Of a stretch of DNA of 64,000 nt, positions 30,096 to 39,583 are shown piece after piece. Position 1 is the stretch's first letter. Every line of letters begins with the position of its first letter. The notes beneath the pieces were generated by a model. It saw only the letters and a list, made by a program, of their open reading frames with translations, was not told where the DNA came from and made no database searches. The translations under genes were made by a program, and so were the position numbers. The DNA is taken from IMG/VR virus record IMGVR_UViG_2767802123_000001, positions 31,727 to 95,726 of that record. One strand, written 5' to 3'. Origin of the DNA: a virus (lineage: Duplodnaviria; Caudoviricetes).

Positions 30096-30581
30096 TCAGT
30101 CGTCGGTCGGTGCACTCGACTCGGTGAGCGGGGCCAGGTGCTCTTTGCAGTTGCTGCACCGCTGGACCGCCATACGTGGATGGGGTTCGAGGGTGACCGG
30201 GCCGCACGTAGGGCAGACGGCTTGGATTGCACCGTCCACGTCGCCGCACTCGTCCACGTCGCCGGGCGCACCCGGCATCGTCAGTTCTCGGCACGGCTTG
30301 CTGTGAGCCGCGTGGCCGCAACCCCGGCAGACTCCTGCCGCCGTGGTCCCGCCCGGGATGGCGACGCCCCGCATGAACGCGAACAGGTCCGCCTTGCACC
30401 CGGGGCACAGCTCCCGCTCGTCGGCGGAGCCGTCCTCGTTGGGGAGCCGGGGCCGCGTCCAGCCGTTCGGCAGCTCGGGCCGGGCCACCGGGATCCCGGG
30501 ACCGCAGGTGCCGGCGAACAGCATCACGGAACCCGTCTGTTCCTGGAACCCGCAGCGGTCACACTCCAGATGGACGCTCAC
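30096..30581 (-). CDS. Cys-rich hypothetical protein
   Basis: Several CxxC; GTGA coupling. Confidence 0.6.
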   Translation of the reverse strand: MSVHLECDRCGFQEQTGSVMLFAGTCGPGIPVARPELPNGWTRPRLPNEDGSADERELCPGCKADLFAFMRGVAIPGGTTAAGVCRGCGHAAHSKPCRELTMPGAPGDVDECGDVDGAIQAVCPTCGPVTLEPHPRMAVQRCSNCKEHLAPLTESSAPTDD

Positions 30582-30880
30582 GCCCCGGCCCTCGCTTCCT
30601 CGGTGACGATCAGCACGCGGTGCCCAGCCGGGAACTCACCCGTCAGCGTCGCCCCGGTCTGGCTGCGCGCCGTGATGCGCTTGCCCTTCCGGGCCGTGAC
30701 GGTCCACGCAACGCCCTCCATCGGCATCGCGTGCGCGATCCCGGCGCCGCTCACGCGGCCGTCCTTGCCGACGAGATACGCGGCCCCGGTGCCGGGGTTG
30801 ACCCACGTGTCCCCGACGGCCAGGTCATCAGCGGGGCGGCTGCGTACGTCGTCCCAGGTGTACGGGTGATCTGTGCTCAT
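30578..30880 (-). CDS. Hypothetical protein
   Basis: GAGGAA RBS, ATGA overlap. Confidence 0.6.
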   Translation of the reverse strand: MSTDHPYTWDDVRSRPADDLAVGDTWVNPGTGAAYLVGKDGRVSGAGIAHAMPMEGVAWTVTARKGKRITARSQTGATLTGEFPAGHRVLIVTEEARAGA

Positions 30881-31260
30881 TCCTCGTTCCTCGCTTCCTT
30901 GATCAACGCCCGGCATCCCGGACGCCGGCACAGCAGCCGGCTGTCTACCTTCCTCAGCTCGACGAGGCACGACAACTCCGCCGACTCCCCCAGCTCCATC
31001 GAACCGTCGCAAGCGGCCACCGACGTGCCGTAGGCGTATCCGGAGCCCGTGACTGCCACGTGCACCGTGACGTTCCGGCGAGGAGTCCAGTCACCGTGCC
31101 CCTCACCGTTGTTCGCACCGCCGAGCGCCTCGCCGTTCCAGGTCAGGATCCGGCGCGGCTCGTCGGCCGTAGCCGGGTGGTAGTCGTCGGGCCGGTCCTG
31201 CTCGTTGCGGGCCACCTCGTCGCGGTAGTCCGCAACGTCGATGGAGCCGGGCGCTTTCAC
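30877..31260 (-). CDS. Hypothetical protein
   Basis: GAGGGG RBS, GTGA overlap. Confidence 0.6.
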   Translation of the reverse strand: MKAPGSIDVADYRDEVARNEQDRPDDYHPATADEPRRILTWNGEALGGANNGEGHGDWTPRRNVTVHVAVTGSGYAYGTSVAACDGSMELGESAELSCLVELRKVDSRLLCRRPGCRALIKEARNEE

Positions 31261-31619
31261 CCCTCGTTCCTCGCTTCCTTGATCGGCAGTTGCAGCGGCG
31301 GCCGGATGCAGTGCACCCACCGCGCCGGCGCGCACTTGCCCGCGCGTTCGACGGGCCAGGGCTTCGCCTCCCGGCCGCACCGGGGGCAGACGTACAGCCA
31401 CGTCCCGTCCTCGTTGCGCTGCGGGTGACGTCCGGCGTCCTTGTTGGCGCGCATCCGCTGCGCAACCCCGAACAGGACACCCGCCGCGCGGCACTCCACG
31501 CGGCCCGCCGCGACCAGCTTCGGCACGTTGCCCTTGTGCCGGTACAACTTCCCCGTGGCGGTGAACGAGGCGTAGTTGCCGCACAGCGGGCACGTCCCGC
31601 CGCTGCTCGCCCGGCCCAC
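31257..31619 (-). CDS. Cys-rich hypothetical protein
   Basis: CPLCG, CPRCG. Confidence 0.6.
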   Translation of the reverse strand: MGRASSGGTCPLCGNYASFTATGKLYRHKGNVPKLVAAGRVECRAAGVLFGVAQRMRANKDAGRHPQRNEDGTWLYVCPRCGREAKPWPVERAGKCAPARWVHCIRPPLQLPIKEARNEG

Positions 31620-31622
31620 CGC

Positions 31623-31868
31623 TCAGCCCTCCGCCGGTGCCGGGTGCTGCTCGATGACGGCTCGAATCGCCTTCACCGACGAGGCCCTGACGAGCCGGAG
31701 AATCTCCGCGTAGTCGCCGGCCTGCTCCTCGATGGCCTTGATGCGCTTGCCGAGGGTGCTGGCCCGGGGCCCGGCGGGCAGGGTCAGCCACTCCTCGCGC
31801 AGCGTCTCGGCCTTGGCGGCGAGCTGCGCCCGGCGCAGATCCAGCTCGGCTATCGTTCGTGCGTTCAC
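31623..31868 (-). CDS. Hypothetical coiled-coil protein
   Basis: GGAGG RBS, GTGA overlap. Confidence 0.55.
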   Translation of the reverse strand: MNARTIAELDLRRAQLAAKAETLREEWLTLPAGPRASTLGKRIKAIEEQAGDYAEILRLVRASSVKAIRAVIEQHPAPAEG

Positions 31869-32050
31869 CGGTCGGCCTCCGTCTCTTTGCACCCCGGGCA
31901 GTAGTCCCGTCCGCCACGCTTGCTGACCCAGCCTGCGCGCTTCGCGTCTCGGCGAGCCTCCGTCACGGTGGCGGCCGACGGAACGGTGCTGCTGTCGAAC
32001 ATCTCGTGACAGCCGTTGCAGCGCAGGAATGCCCTTACGAACACGGTCAC
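31865..32050 (-). CDS. Small zinc-finger protein
   Basis: CNGC...AKRAGW...DYCPGC. Confidence 0.6.
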   Translation of the reverse strand: MTVFVRAFLRCNGCHEMFDSSTVPSAATVTEARRDAKRAGWVSKRGGRDYCPGCKETEADR

Positions 32051-32415
32051 CGTGCGGCCCTCCGCTCCCGGTAGATCTCGTACGCGTCCGCGTAGGAGTC
32101 CGTGCGGTCGGTCTCGATGTACCACCGGGCGAAGCCCCGGCCCACGAAGATGCCGCTCCGTTCGGCCCACCGTTCGATCTTGGCGGGCGACACCAGCCAC
32201 GCGGCGTACGCCTCGGCGTAGCTGTCCGTCCGACCGGTGTCCTCGTACCACTTGGGGAAGCCGGCGTCCGGCTTGCCCTGCGCGGTCTCCCACTGCCGGG
32301 CCGCCGCGATGCGCTTGTTCCGCTCGGCCGCTTCCTTCTGCTTCCAGTCCACGGGTCCCGCCTTCCTTGATCGTGGCCCGGGGCCGGGTGGTTCTCCCGG
32401 CCCCGGTTCTGTCAT
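32047..32415 (-). CDS. Hypothetical protein with internal repeat
   Basis: GFPKWYEDTGRTDSYAEAY / GFARWYIETDRTDSYADAY. Confidence 0.6.
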   Translation of the reverse strand: MTEPGPGEPPGPGPRSRKAGPVDWKQKEAAERNKRIAAARQWETAQGKPDAGFPKWYEDTGRTDSYAEAYAAWLVSPAKIERWAERSGIFVGRGFARWYIETDRTDSYADAYEIYRERRAAR

Positions 32416-32418
32416 CGG

Positions 32419-33168
32419 TCAGTACGGGCGTGGGACAACCGCGATGACGGTCCGCACGCCGGTCCCCGACTCCTTGAAGGCGTTGTCCGGCAGAGTGACC
32501 GTCCATCCGTCCACGTCCTTGAGCAGCGCCCAGAACCGGCGGGTGAGGGCCGTCTCCCGGAAAGCGACGCCTGCCGACATGACCGACACCAGACGGCCTC
32601 CCGGCCGCAGGTGCTCGTACGCGTGCAGGATGTGGGTGATGTCGGCCTGCCTGGCGAACGGCGGGTTCATCACCACCCGGTCATACGCACCCTGTGGGTC
32701 GGTAGTGAGGAAGTCGCCGACGGTCACGGTGATGTCCGGGTGGTGCTCATCCCTCAGCGCCTCGGCATGTTCGGGCTGGATCTCCACGCAGTCCACGACC
32801 GCACCGGCCCGGACAGCGGCGAGGGCGAGAGCGCCCCTGCCAGCTGACGGCTCCAGCACGCGCATGCCCGGCTCGATGCGGGCCAGGTCGATGACCTGCT
32901 GAACGACGGGCGCCGGGGTCGGGAAATACCCGAACTGCTGCTTGGCGCTGACGACTTCTCCGGTGAGGATGACGGGCTCTATGGCGTCGGCCGCGTCACC
33001 GTCGAACAAGTGGGCGCGCTTGCTTCGGTTCCACTTACCGCCAGCCGCCTTGAGCACCTTGTCGGTGTCGAGATACAGCTTCCGGTCGAGCTGCCCGGTC
33101 AGCCGCAGGGCGTTGCCGTCGGTCTCGGCACGGTCCAGCACCGCGAGGACGTCGACAGAAACCCTCAT
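32419..33168 (-). CDS. N6-adenine DNA methyltransferase-like protein
   Basis: YFPTP, VLEPSAGRG, MNPPF; operator at 33240-33255. Confidence 0.85.
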   Translation of the reverse strand: MRVSVDVLAVLDRAETDGNALRLTGQLDRKLYLDTDKVLKAAGGKWNRSKRAHLFDGDAADAIEPVILTGEVVSAKQQFGYFPTPAPVVQQVIDLARIEPGMRVLEPSAGRGALALAAVRAGAVVDCVEIQPEHAEALRDEHHPDITVTVGDFLTTDPQGAYDRVVMNPPFARQADITHILHAYEHLRPGGRLVSVMSAGVAFRETALTRRFWALLKDVDGWTVTLPDNAFKESGTGVRTVIAVVPRPY

Positions 33169-33301
33169 GGGAACTCCATTCCTTGATTCCTTGGTCATGA
33201 GACCAGCCGGGGCGTGGATCGCCGAACGGCCCGCTCATTCGATTTAATTAAACCAGGGTTGGGGTGCCGAGACAACCCCTTGGAGCTGCCCCGGCGCCTC
33301 T

Positions 33302-33511
33302 TCACGGGTGAGCCGCCAGACGCAGGCGCTCGCCGCCCTCTGCCCGCAGGATGGCTATGGCCAGGGCCTCATCGACCAGCAGGCCCGACGCCTCGCACAG
33401 CCGCCACCCGCCGGGCCCGTGCGCCGGGACGTGCGAGCCCTTGAGCGAGTCGTCCATCAGACCCGGGTCCACCTGGCCCCCGCACAGGGGGCACTCGATC
33501 ACGTCGTCCAT
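33302..33511 (-). CDS. Small Cys/His protein
   Basis: MDDVIECPLCG; AAGGA RBS. Confidence 0.55.
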   Translation of the reverse strand: MDDVIECPLCGGQVDPGLMDDSLKGSHVPAHGPGGWRLCEASGLLVDEALAIAILRAEGGERLRLAAHP

Positions 33512-33516
33512 GGCCG

Positions 33517-36500
33517 TCAGTCCTTCGCGTAGCACGCATCCCACGACACGGCCGCCTTGCTCGCGCCGGCCGTGATCGGCACGCCCTTGAAAGCGAACGT
33601 GAACGCGTCCAGCACGGTGGCCGTGATCTCCTCCACGCGGTTCTCGGGGACGCACAGGACGACCTCGTCGTGCACGACGCAGCGCAACCATTCCGTCGCC
33701 TCCGGGGCCCGGTCGACGAGCCGCAGCAGCGCCTCGCACATGATGTCCCGGGCGCCGCCCTGGCCCATGAGGGCCGGGGCCTGCGTCCAGGCCCGGTCCG
33801 GGTTGCAGCGCATGAGCCGGCCGAAGCCGTTGTCCAGCAGCTCGCCAGCCTTGCCCCGCTCGCGGACCTCGGTCCTCCAGGCGCACAGCCCCGGGAACTG
33901 GCTGTTCATCTGGTCGTCGAACTGCTGCGCCACCGCCCGCTCGACGCCCTGGCGGAGGACAAGGCTGTCCACGCCCATCCCGTAGTTCCAGCCGTGGCCG
34001 GACGCCTTGGACTTGTCCCGCCACTCACAGGTGTGCTTCGGCCCGGTGCACCCGCAGTTGTCCCGGCCGAACACGGCGTCGGTGACCATGCTGTGCGCGT
34101 CCATGCCCGGACCGAACAGGGCCATGTACGCCTCGTCCTGGCTGTGTCCGGCCACGGCGCGCATGTCGACCTGGTCCAGGTCGAACGCAATCAGCAGCAT
34201 GCCGTCGTCGGCGATCATCGGGCGCCGTTGGTGGACCTTGCCGCCACGCTTGCCCATGTTGGTCACCGACGGGTTGATGTACGCCCACCGGCCGGACGCC
34301 TGGAGGTCACCGACCTTCGGGTGCACCCGGTCTCCGATGAGGTGCTTCTGGATCTCCGCGTACTTCTGCACCGAGGACGTCACGGTGACGATGTGGCCTG
34401 CCATTTCCTCGATCGCGGCCCAGTCCGCGTCGGGGTGGAACGGGCGACGGTTCGGGTTGAGCAGGGCGGGCAGCTCGCGGGTCTCTTTGCCCTTGCCCAC
34501 CAGGTAGGCGCCCTCGCCCAGCGCGTCCTTGCTGGTGGCGAGTGTCCCGGAAGCCGTCTTGAGGTAGTACGGCAGACCCCGATCGGCGAACGCCCGAACG
34601 AGAGCGCCCCGACCCTCCTTGGTGGACAGGGGGGCCAGCACCGGCTCGTCCGTGAAGACACGGTTCTTGCCCCGACCCCTGCCGACCGACTTGGTCAACG
34701 GCACACCGCAGTTCTCGTGCAGCCACTCCAGCGACTCCTGCCGCTTGTCGGCCTCAGCCTTCACCAACCGGGTCAGCTCGGGGACGTCCACGCGCCAGCC
34801 GTTGTAGGTCATACGGTGCTGGAGGTGGGCTACACGCATCTCGCGCCGGACGTAATCCGAAGGCTCACCCAGAGCGCGCCGCACGCCCCGGGTGGCCTTC
34901 AGGTCGCCGCTGAAGTACGCGCGGTACTCGGGATCGTCCTCGGGGATCCTGCCGTATCCGATCTCGGCCCGCTCGTCGTCGGTCAGCTTGCGCCCGTCGA
35001 TCTCTTCCGGGGCGTGCTTGATGGCGAGGGCCCGGAGGTTGTCCGTCTTGCCGGGCATGCCGAGCCGGGCCGCCAGGCCGTCCAGGCTGTAGTAGCCCTT
35101 GGCGGACCAAGGCTTCTCACCCTTGGCGCCGGGCGGGTCCACGGTCATCGCCCACCGCATGGTGTCCACCGTCTTGGCGGCCAGCTTGTCGTAGTCGGCG
35201 CCGTGGTGGCGGGCGAGGGCCATGAGGTCGAACCCGAGCAGGTTGTGGCCGTAGATCTCGTCGGCGTCCTCCAGCCGCTTGATCAGCTCCTGCACGGAGT
35301 TGACGACGACCTCCGTGCCGTCCTCGGTGACGTAGCCGGACAGCTTGGTGTACGGGTCGCCGCCGAGGTCGGTGTGGGTGAACAGCCGCTTGGCCGAATG
35401 AGACTCGATGTCGAACCCGATCACGCCGCCGGCGCGCGACGGGACGCTTTCGGCCTCGGGAGCCGGGGACGGGGCGGGGACGGTGACCGCGCGGGCCGCG
35501 TGATCGGCTTCCGCTTCGCCGAATGGATCTTCTCCGAACGGGTCCGCATCGGGGGCCGTCTGAGGAGGTGTACCGCCTGTACCCCCTACTCCGGTAACTC
35601 CTATACGTGAAGAGATTTCACGGTTATGAGGTGAAGAGGGTACAGGGGGTACACCTTCGTCTCCACCGGCGTTGACCGGGTCTTTTCCGTTCGGGTCCTG
35701 GAAGCGCACTCCGAGCCACGCCTGGTAGTTGACGCCCTTGGGCTCGTGACCGCCCAGCGTCGACCGTCCGTCACGAGCCCGGATCTTCTTCCGCTGCACG
35801 CCGTTCCGCGCGCACTCGTCGTGGCCTCCGAATCGGGAGACGAACGTGCGGTCCGTCCACTCCCGGTGGCCCTTGTCCTCCAGGTACTTGTTGAAGACCT
35901 CGTGCAGCTCCCGGGCGAGGATGTGGCTGTTCCAGTCGAACGTCAGGACGTCCCCGATGAACGACAGGATCAGGTCCGACTCCCGGCGCCAGCTCAGCGT
36001 GTCGTCCTCCACCCGCTTCGGAGCGGGCGGCATGATCTGCCCCGCCGCGTACCACTTGCGGGCCCCCTCGACGAGCCACGCCAGGGCGGCCTCCGTACGC
36101 GGCCCGTCGTCCGTCCGCAGCCGCTGACGGAGCATCTGGTCACCGGGCTTGTCGTAGGGCCCTGTGCACGCCTCCCCGGGCTTCCTGAACGTGAACGGGA
36201 AGCACAGCATCTGGAGCCGGCGCCACGTGCCGTGGTCGGACTCCTCCACGAGCGGCCGGTGGTTGGTGTTGATGATCAGGGTGTGGGTCGTCCGGAAGGT
36301 CACGCTGTCCTGACGCATCTTGCGCGCCTTGATTTGCTCGGTGCCTGCGAGCTGCTTGACCCGGTTGACGTCCAGCTTCTTCGCCTCGGGCGTCTCCTCC
36401 AGCACCGCGAGCCGGGCCCCGAGGAAGTCCATCATCTCGGTGGGGTGGTTCTCACTCGCGTTGCCGAGCAGGGCCCGGTGAGCGACGGCCGTGTGGTACC

Positions 36501-37896
36501 CGCCGCGCGTGCCGGCCGCCTTGGCAAGCGTGTCCATGATCGAAGACTTGCCGTTGGACCCTCCTCCCTGGCAGATGAGGATGACGTCGTCCGGCGGGGT
36601 GTGGCCGGTGATGCCCTGGCCGTTGCGGATCTGGAGGTAGTCCACCGAATCATCGGGGACGGCCTCCAGCGCGGTGTCCCAGTCGGGGTGCGTGGCGCCG
36701 GGGACGTAGTCACACCCGGTGATCTTCGTCATGAGCCGGTCAGGGTCGTGCGGGGTGAGCACACCCGTCTTCAGGTCCAGGATGCCGTTCTGGCAGTTGA
36801 GCGCGTCCGGGTCGTAGTCGAAGTCCGTCGCGTCGGACAGGATGCCGTTGACACCTTTGGCCAGCTTGAGCAAGTTGCCCAGCTTGGATGCGGCCAGCGC
36901 TCCGCGCCAGCCGTCCATCTCGGTGCGGTAGTCCTTGCCCGGCTCGGCGCGCTGCTTGTCGAGTGCCCGCTGGAAGCCCGCGAGGGCCCACTGCCGGATC
37001 TCCTCCAGCACCTGGGCGTCGGTGCACTCGGTCCACACCTTGCCGTCCCAGCGCATCCACCCGAGCCCGGAGGCCCACCGGTAGCGACCCTCAAGGGCCT
37101 CCATGCACACAGCGTCCGCCAGCACGGCGTCGGAGAACGCGGCGTCCCGTGTGTTGTCGCTCGGCTTCTCGGTGGTGGCCGCGTCGCGCAGCCCCTCCAG
37201 CGTGCCCCCCGCGTGGAAGTAGTCGTCCACGCCCTTGACCTGCGTCCCGTTGACCTCCTCGGGGACGATCAGGTACCGGATGTCGGCAGCGCCCTTGGAC
37301 TCCAACCAGGTGCCAAGGCGACGCATAGCTTGCAGCACTTGGCGGTTGTGCCGGGCGTCCGAGTCAAAGCAGATGACGACTGTTCGGCCCTTGAGCTGGA
37401 TGTCCTCCCAGTCTCCGAGCGTGCCGCCCCGCCTCTTCCAGTTCCAGACTCCGGAGAGCGCCACCGCCGCGATCCCGTGGGATGCCAGGGAGTCGGCCTT
37501 CTTCACGCCCTCCGTGATCCACAAAGGAGTCGTGACGAGGCGTACAGAGTTTGCGACGAGCGGCGGGACGTCGAGACGCGACGCCTTGCCCTGAGCTGTC
37601 GCGTACTTCACGGGCTTGTCGCCCATCGCTTGCGGAACACCGGGCTTGAACTGCGCACCGATGCGCTCGCCGGTCACCCGGTAGATGGGGATGAACAGTC
37701 CGGGAAAGGCACTTTCCTCGCGCCAGGCCCACACCGGGATGGACTCCTCGCGCAGCCGTGCGCGGTCCTCGTCGGTGCCGTAGAGGGTCTCGTAGCCGCG
37801 AGCGTCCCGGTGTTCCGGCGCGATCTCGCTCGCGTCCAGTTCCGCCCGGTGGTGATCGGACAACTGCCCCGCGTTCGCTTCCACGTAGGTGGTCAT
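33517..37896 (-). CDS. Primase (DUF3854/Toprim) - SF3 helicase - family A DNA polymerase fusion
   Basis: WITEGVKKADS, CFDSD; GGGSNGKS; exonuclease FDIES, GHNLLGFD; pol motifs DLDQVDMR, RDKSK..YG, VHDEV. Confidence 0.9.
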   Translation of the reverse strand: MTTYVEANAGQLSDHHRAELDASEIAPEHRDARGYETLYGTDEDRARLREESIPVWAWREESAFPGLFIPIYRVTGERIGAQFKPGVPQAMGDKPVKYATAQGKASRLDVPPLVANSVRLVTTPLWITEGVKKADSLASHGIAAVALSGVWNWKRRGGTLGDWEDIQLKGRTVVICFDSDARHNRQVLQAMRRLGTWLESKGAADIRYLIVPEEVNGTQVKGVDDYFHAGGTLEGLRDAATTEKPSDNTRDAAFSDAVLADAVCMEALEGRYRWASGLGWMRWDGKVWTECTDAQVLEEIRQWALAGFQRALDKQRAEPGKDYRTEMDGWRGALAASKLGNLLKLAKGVNGILSDATDFDYDPDALNCQNGILDLKTGVLTPHDPDRLMTKITGCDYVPGATHPDWDTALEAVPDDSVDYLQIRNGQGITGHTPPDDVILICQGGGSNGKSSIMDTLAKAAGTRGGYHTAVAHRALLGNASENHPTEMMDFLGARLAVLEETPEAKKLDVNRVKQLAGTEQIKARKMRQDSVTFRTTHTLIINTNHRPLVEESDHGTWRRLQMLCFPFTFRKPGEACTGPYDKPGDQMLRQRLRTDDGPRTEAALAWLVEGARKWYAAGQIMPPAPKRVEDDTLSWRRESDLILSFIGDVLTFDWNSHILARELHEVFNKYLEDKGHREWTDRTFVSRFGGHDECARNGVQRKKIRARDGRSTLGGHEPKGVNYQAWLGVRFQDPNGKDPVNAGGDEGVPPVPSSPHNREISSRIGVTGVGGTGGTPPQTAPDADPFGEDPFGEAEADHAARAVTVPAPSPAPEAESVPSRAGGVIGFDIESHSAKRLFTHTDLGGDPYTKLSGYVTEDGTEVVVNSVQELIKRLEDADEIYGHNLLGFDLMALARHHGADYDKLAAKTVDTMRWAMTVDPPGAKGEKPWSAKGYYSLDGLAARLGMPGKTDNLRALAIKHAPEEIDGRKLTDDERAEIGYGRIPEDDPEYRAYFSGDLKATRGVRRALGEPSDYVRREMRVAHLQHRMTYNGWRVDVPELTRLVKAEADKRQESLEWLHENCGVPLTKSVGRGRGKNRVFTDEPVLAPLSTKEGRGALVRAFADRGLPYYLKTASGTLATSKDALGEGAYLVGKGKETRELPALLNPNRRPFHPDADWAAIEEMAGHIVTVTSSVQKYAEIQKHLIGDRVHPKVGDLQASGRWAYINPSVTNMGKRGGKVHQRRPMIADDGMLLIAFDLDQVDMRAVAGHSQDEAYMALFGPGMDAHSMVTDAVFGRDNCGCTGPKHTCEWRDKSKASGHGWNYGMGVDSLVLRQGVERAVAQQFDDQMNSQFPGLCAWRTEVRERGKAGELLDNGFGRLMRCNPDRAWTQAPALMGQGGARDIMCEALLRLVDRAPEATEWLRCVVHDEVVLCVPENRVEEITATVLDAFTFAFKGVPITAGASKAAVSWDACYAKD

Positions 37897-37949
37897 CGGT
37901 TCCTCGATTCCTTGGTCAGTGCTTCCTTGGTCTGCGGGGGTGTGGGCAC

Positions 37950-38435
37950 TTACTCTCTCCTCCCCTTCCGGCCGGCCGGGCGCCGACGATCGAACCGGGC
38001 CGCAGAAGCGGCGTCCCACGCCGTCCGGAACTCGGGGCCGGTCCACATGCGGTGGACGTCGGCGACCATGCCGCTCGGGTGCCAGACGCGGACGGTGTGA
38101 TCCCGCCCGCAGACGTCACCCCTGCGGTGCAGGCCGCGCACCGTGAACAGCATCAGGCCGGTGACGGTGACGAGGCCCTTCCAGCGTGGGTCGTCAAAGG
38201 TATCCGCGAGCGGCTTTATCTCCATCCACGCCTGGTCAGCGCCACGATGGGGCCGGATACGGAAGTCCGGCAGGTACCCCCGGCCGTCGCCGACGCGGTA
38301 CGCCTGCGGCTCGTACTCCCACGGGATGCCCGCGCGTTCGAAGAACACGATCCAGCGGGCTTCCAGCCGCGAGCGTGTGGTGACCCCGTGCACGGTGGTG
38401 GGGATCGGCTTGACGGCCTGGTACAGGCTGGTCAT
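37950..38435 (-). CDS. PD-(D/E)XK nuclease-like protein
   Basis: RSRLEARW, WEYEP, YLPDF, MEIK. Confidence 0.7.
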   Translation of the reverse strand: MTSLYQAVKPIPTTVHGVTTRSRLEARWIVFFERAGIPWEYEPQAYRVGDGRGYLPDFRIRPHRGADQAWMEIKPLADTFDDPRWKGLVTVTGLMLFTVRGLHRRGDVCGRDHTVRVWHPSGMVADVHRMWTGPEFRTAWDAASAARFDRRRPAGRKGRRE

Positions 38436-38665
38436 CCCGCACCGACGCCCGTGACGACCGGAGATGCGGCGGGGACGGAGACGACGATGGGGGTGTTGCG
38501 CAGCTTCACCCACGCCTCGGCCTCGGCCCGGGGGATGCGCACACGGCCGTTGGCCGTCTTGTGCTTGGTCAGCGGCACGTCCGGGTCGTCCAGCCACCGG
38601 TACACGGACCCCGGATGCACCTCCGCGAGGCTTGCGACCTGGGCGACCGTCAGGAACTCCTGCAC
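38432..38665 (-). CDS. Excisionase/MerR-like HTH protein
   Basis: FLTVAQVASLAEVHPGSVYRW; AAGGAGG RBS. Confidence 0.75.
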   Translation of the reverse strand: MQEFLTVAQVASLAEVHPGSVYRWLDDPDVPLTKHKTANGRVRIPRAEAEAWVKLRNTPIVVSVPAASPVVTGVGAG

Positions 38666-38894
38666 TGCTCCTCCTTGATGGTGCGTAAGTACGTGCAACA
38701 ACGATACCCGCGTTTACACACACTTACACGGTGGGTACCATAACGGACAGAGGGCCCGACGGAGCCCCGCCGACCACTGACCAAGGAACACCCGGGACGC
38801 CGGGCGCGGATGGGGTGACGTCACAGATCCCCGCAACCCCCTCGTGAAGTGCGGGTTCGGTGATTGTGCACCCCGCTGGGAGGATCACGGACTC

Positions 38895-39206
38895 ATGACC
38901 AAGGAACAGGCCGCCTACGCGGCAGCGCTGAACCGCGTCGGCTCCGACGTAGAGGACGGCTTGCTGTTCTCCGAAACGCTCGGCCGGTGGAGTGCAACGC
39001 CCCGCGCCGCAACCGGCCCGCACGTCGACTGCCCGCACTGCTGGTGGACGACCCCGTGCGGCGGGCCGGACGACGGTGAGCACTTCGCCGACCTGTGGGA
39101 GCACCTGATCGCCCGCCACGGGATCGACACGTGGGTAGCGGCGGCGCTCGCGCAGACGGCGTGGGTCCGTGCGGTGGAAGAGTTCGAAGGAGCGCAGGCC
39201 GCATGA
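38895..39206 (+). CDS. Hypothetical protein
   Basis: GGAGG upstream; CPHC...HLIARH. Confidence 0.6.
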   Translation: MTKEQAAYAAALNRVGSDVEDGLLFSETLGRWSATPRAATGPHVDCPHCWWTTPCGGPDDGEHFADLWEHLIARHGIDTWVAAALAQTAWVRAVEEFEGAQAA

Positions 39207-39583
39207 GCGACGACACCGACCGCAAGCTGCTAGGCATGCTCGACTCGCTCAGCCCCGACCACGTGCAGCGGCTGAAGACCCTCACCGACGCGCGCACAGC
39301 TACCCCGCCGGCGTCGCCGACCGACGGCCCGGAGACGTACCGGGGCGTGACCGTCCCCGAGACCCTGCGGCCCAACTGGGACCAGCCGGAGGCGCACTTC
39401 TGGCGGGCTGGAGTCAGCTCCACGCTGGACGTCGCCGTGCCGCTGGTGGACGACTTCATCGACCCCGGGGCCTGCTCCCTGGACCACCACGGCTACTGCC
39501 AGGAACACGGCTGGTTCGGTGAGAACGACTGCCCGAACGAGCGCGCTCAGGAGTTCATCAAGTCGGCGGAGGCAGGCCAATGA
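39203..39583 (+). CDS. Hypothetical protein
   Basis: ATGA overlaps; CSLDHHGYCQEH. Confidence 0.6.
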   Translation: MSDDTDRKLLGMLDSLSPDHVQRLKTLTDARTATPPASPTDGPETYRGVTVPETLRPNWDQPEAHFWRAGVSSTLDVAVPLVDDFIDPGACSLDHHGYCQEHGWFGENDCPNERAQEFIKSAEAGQ

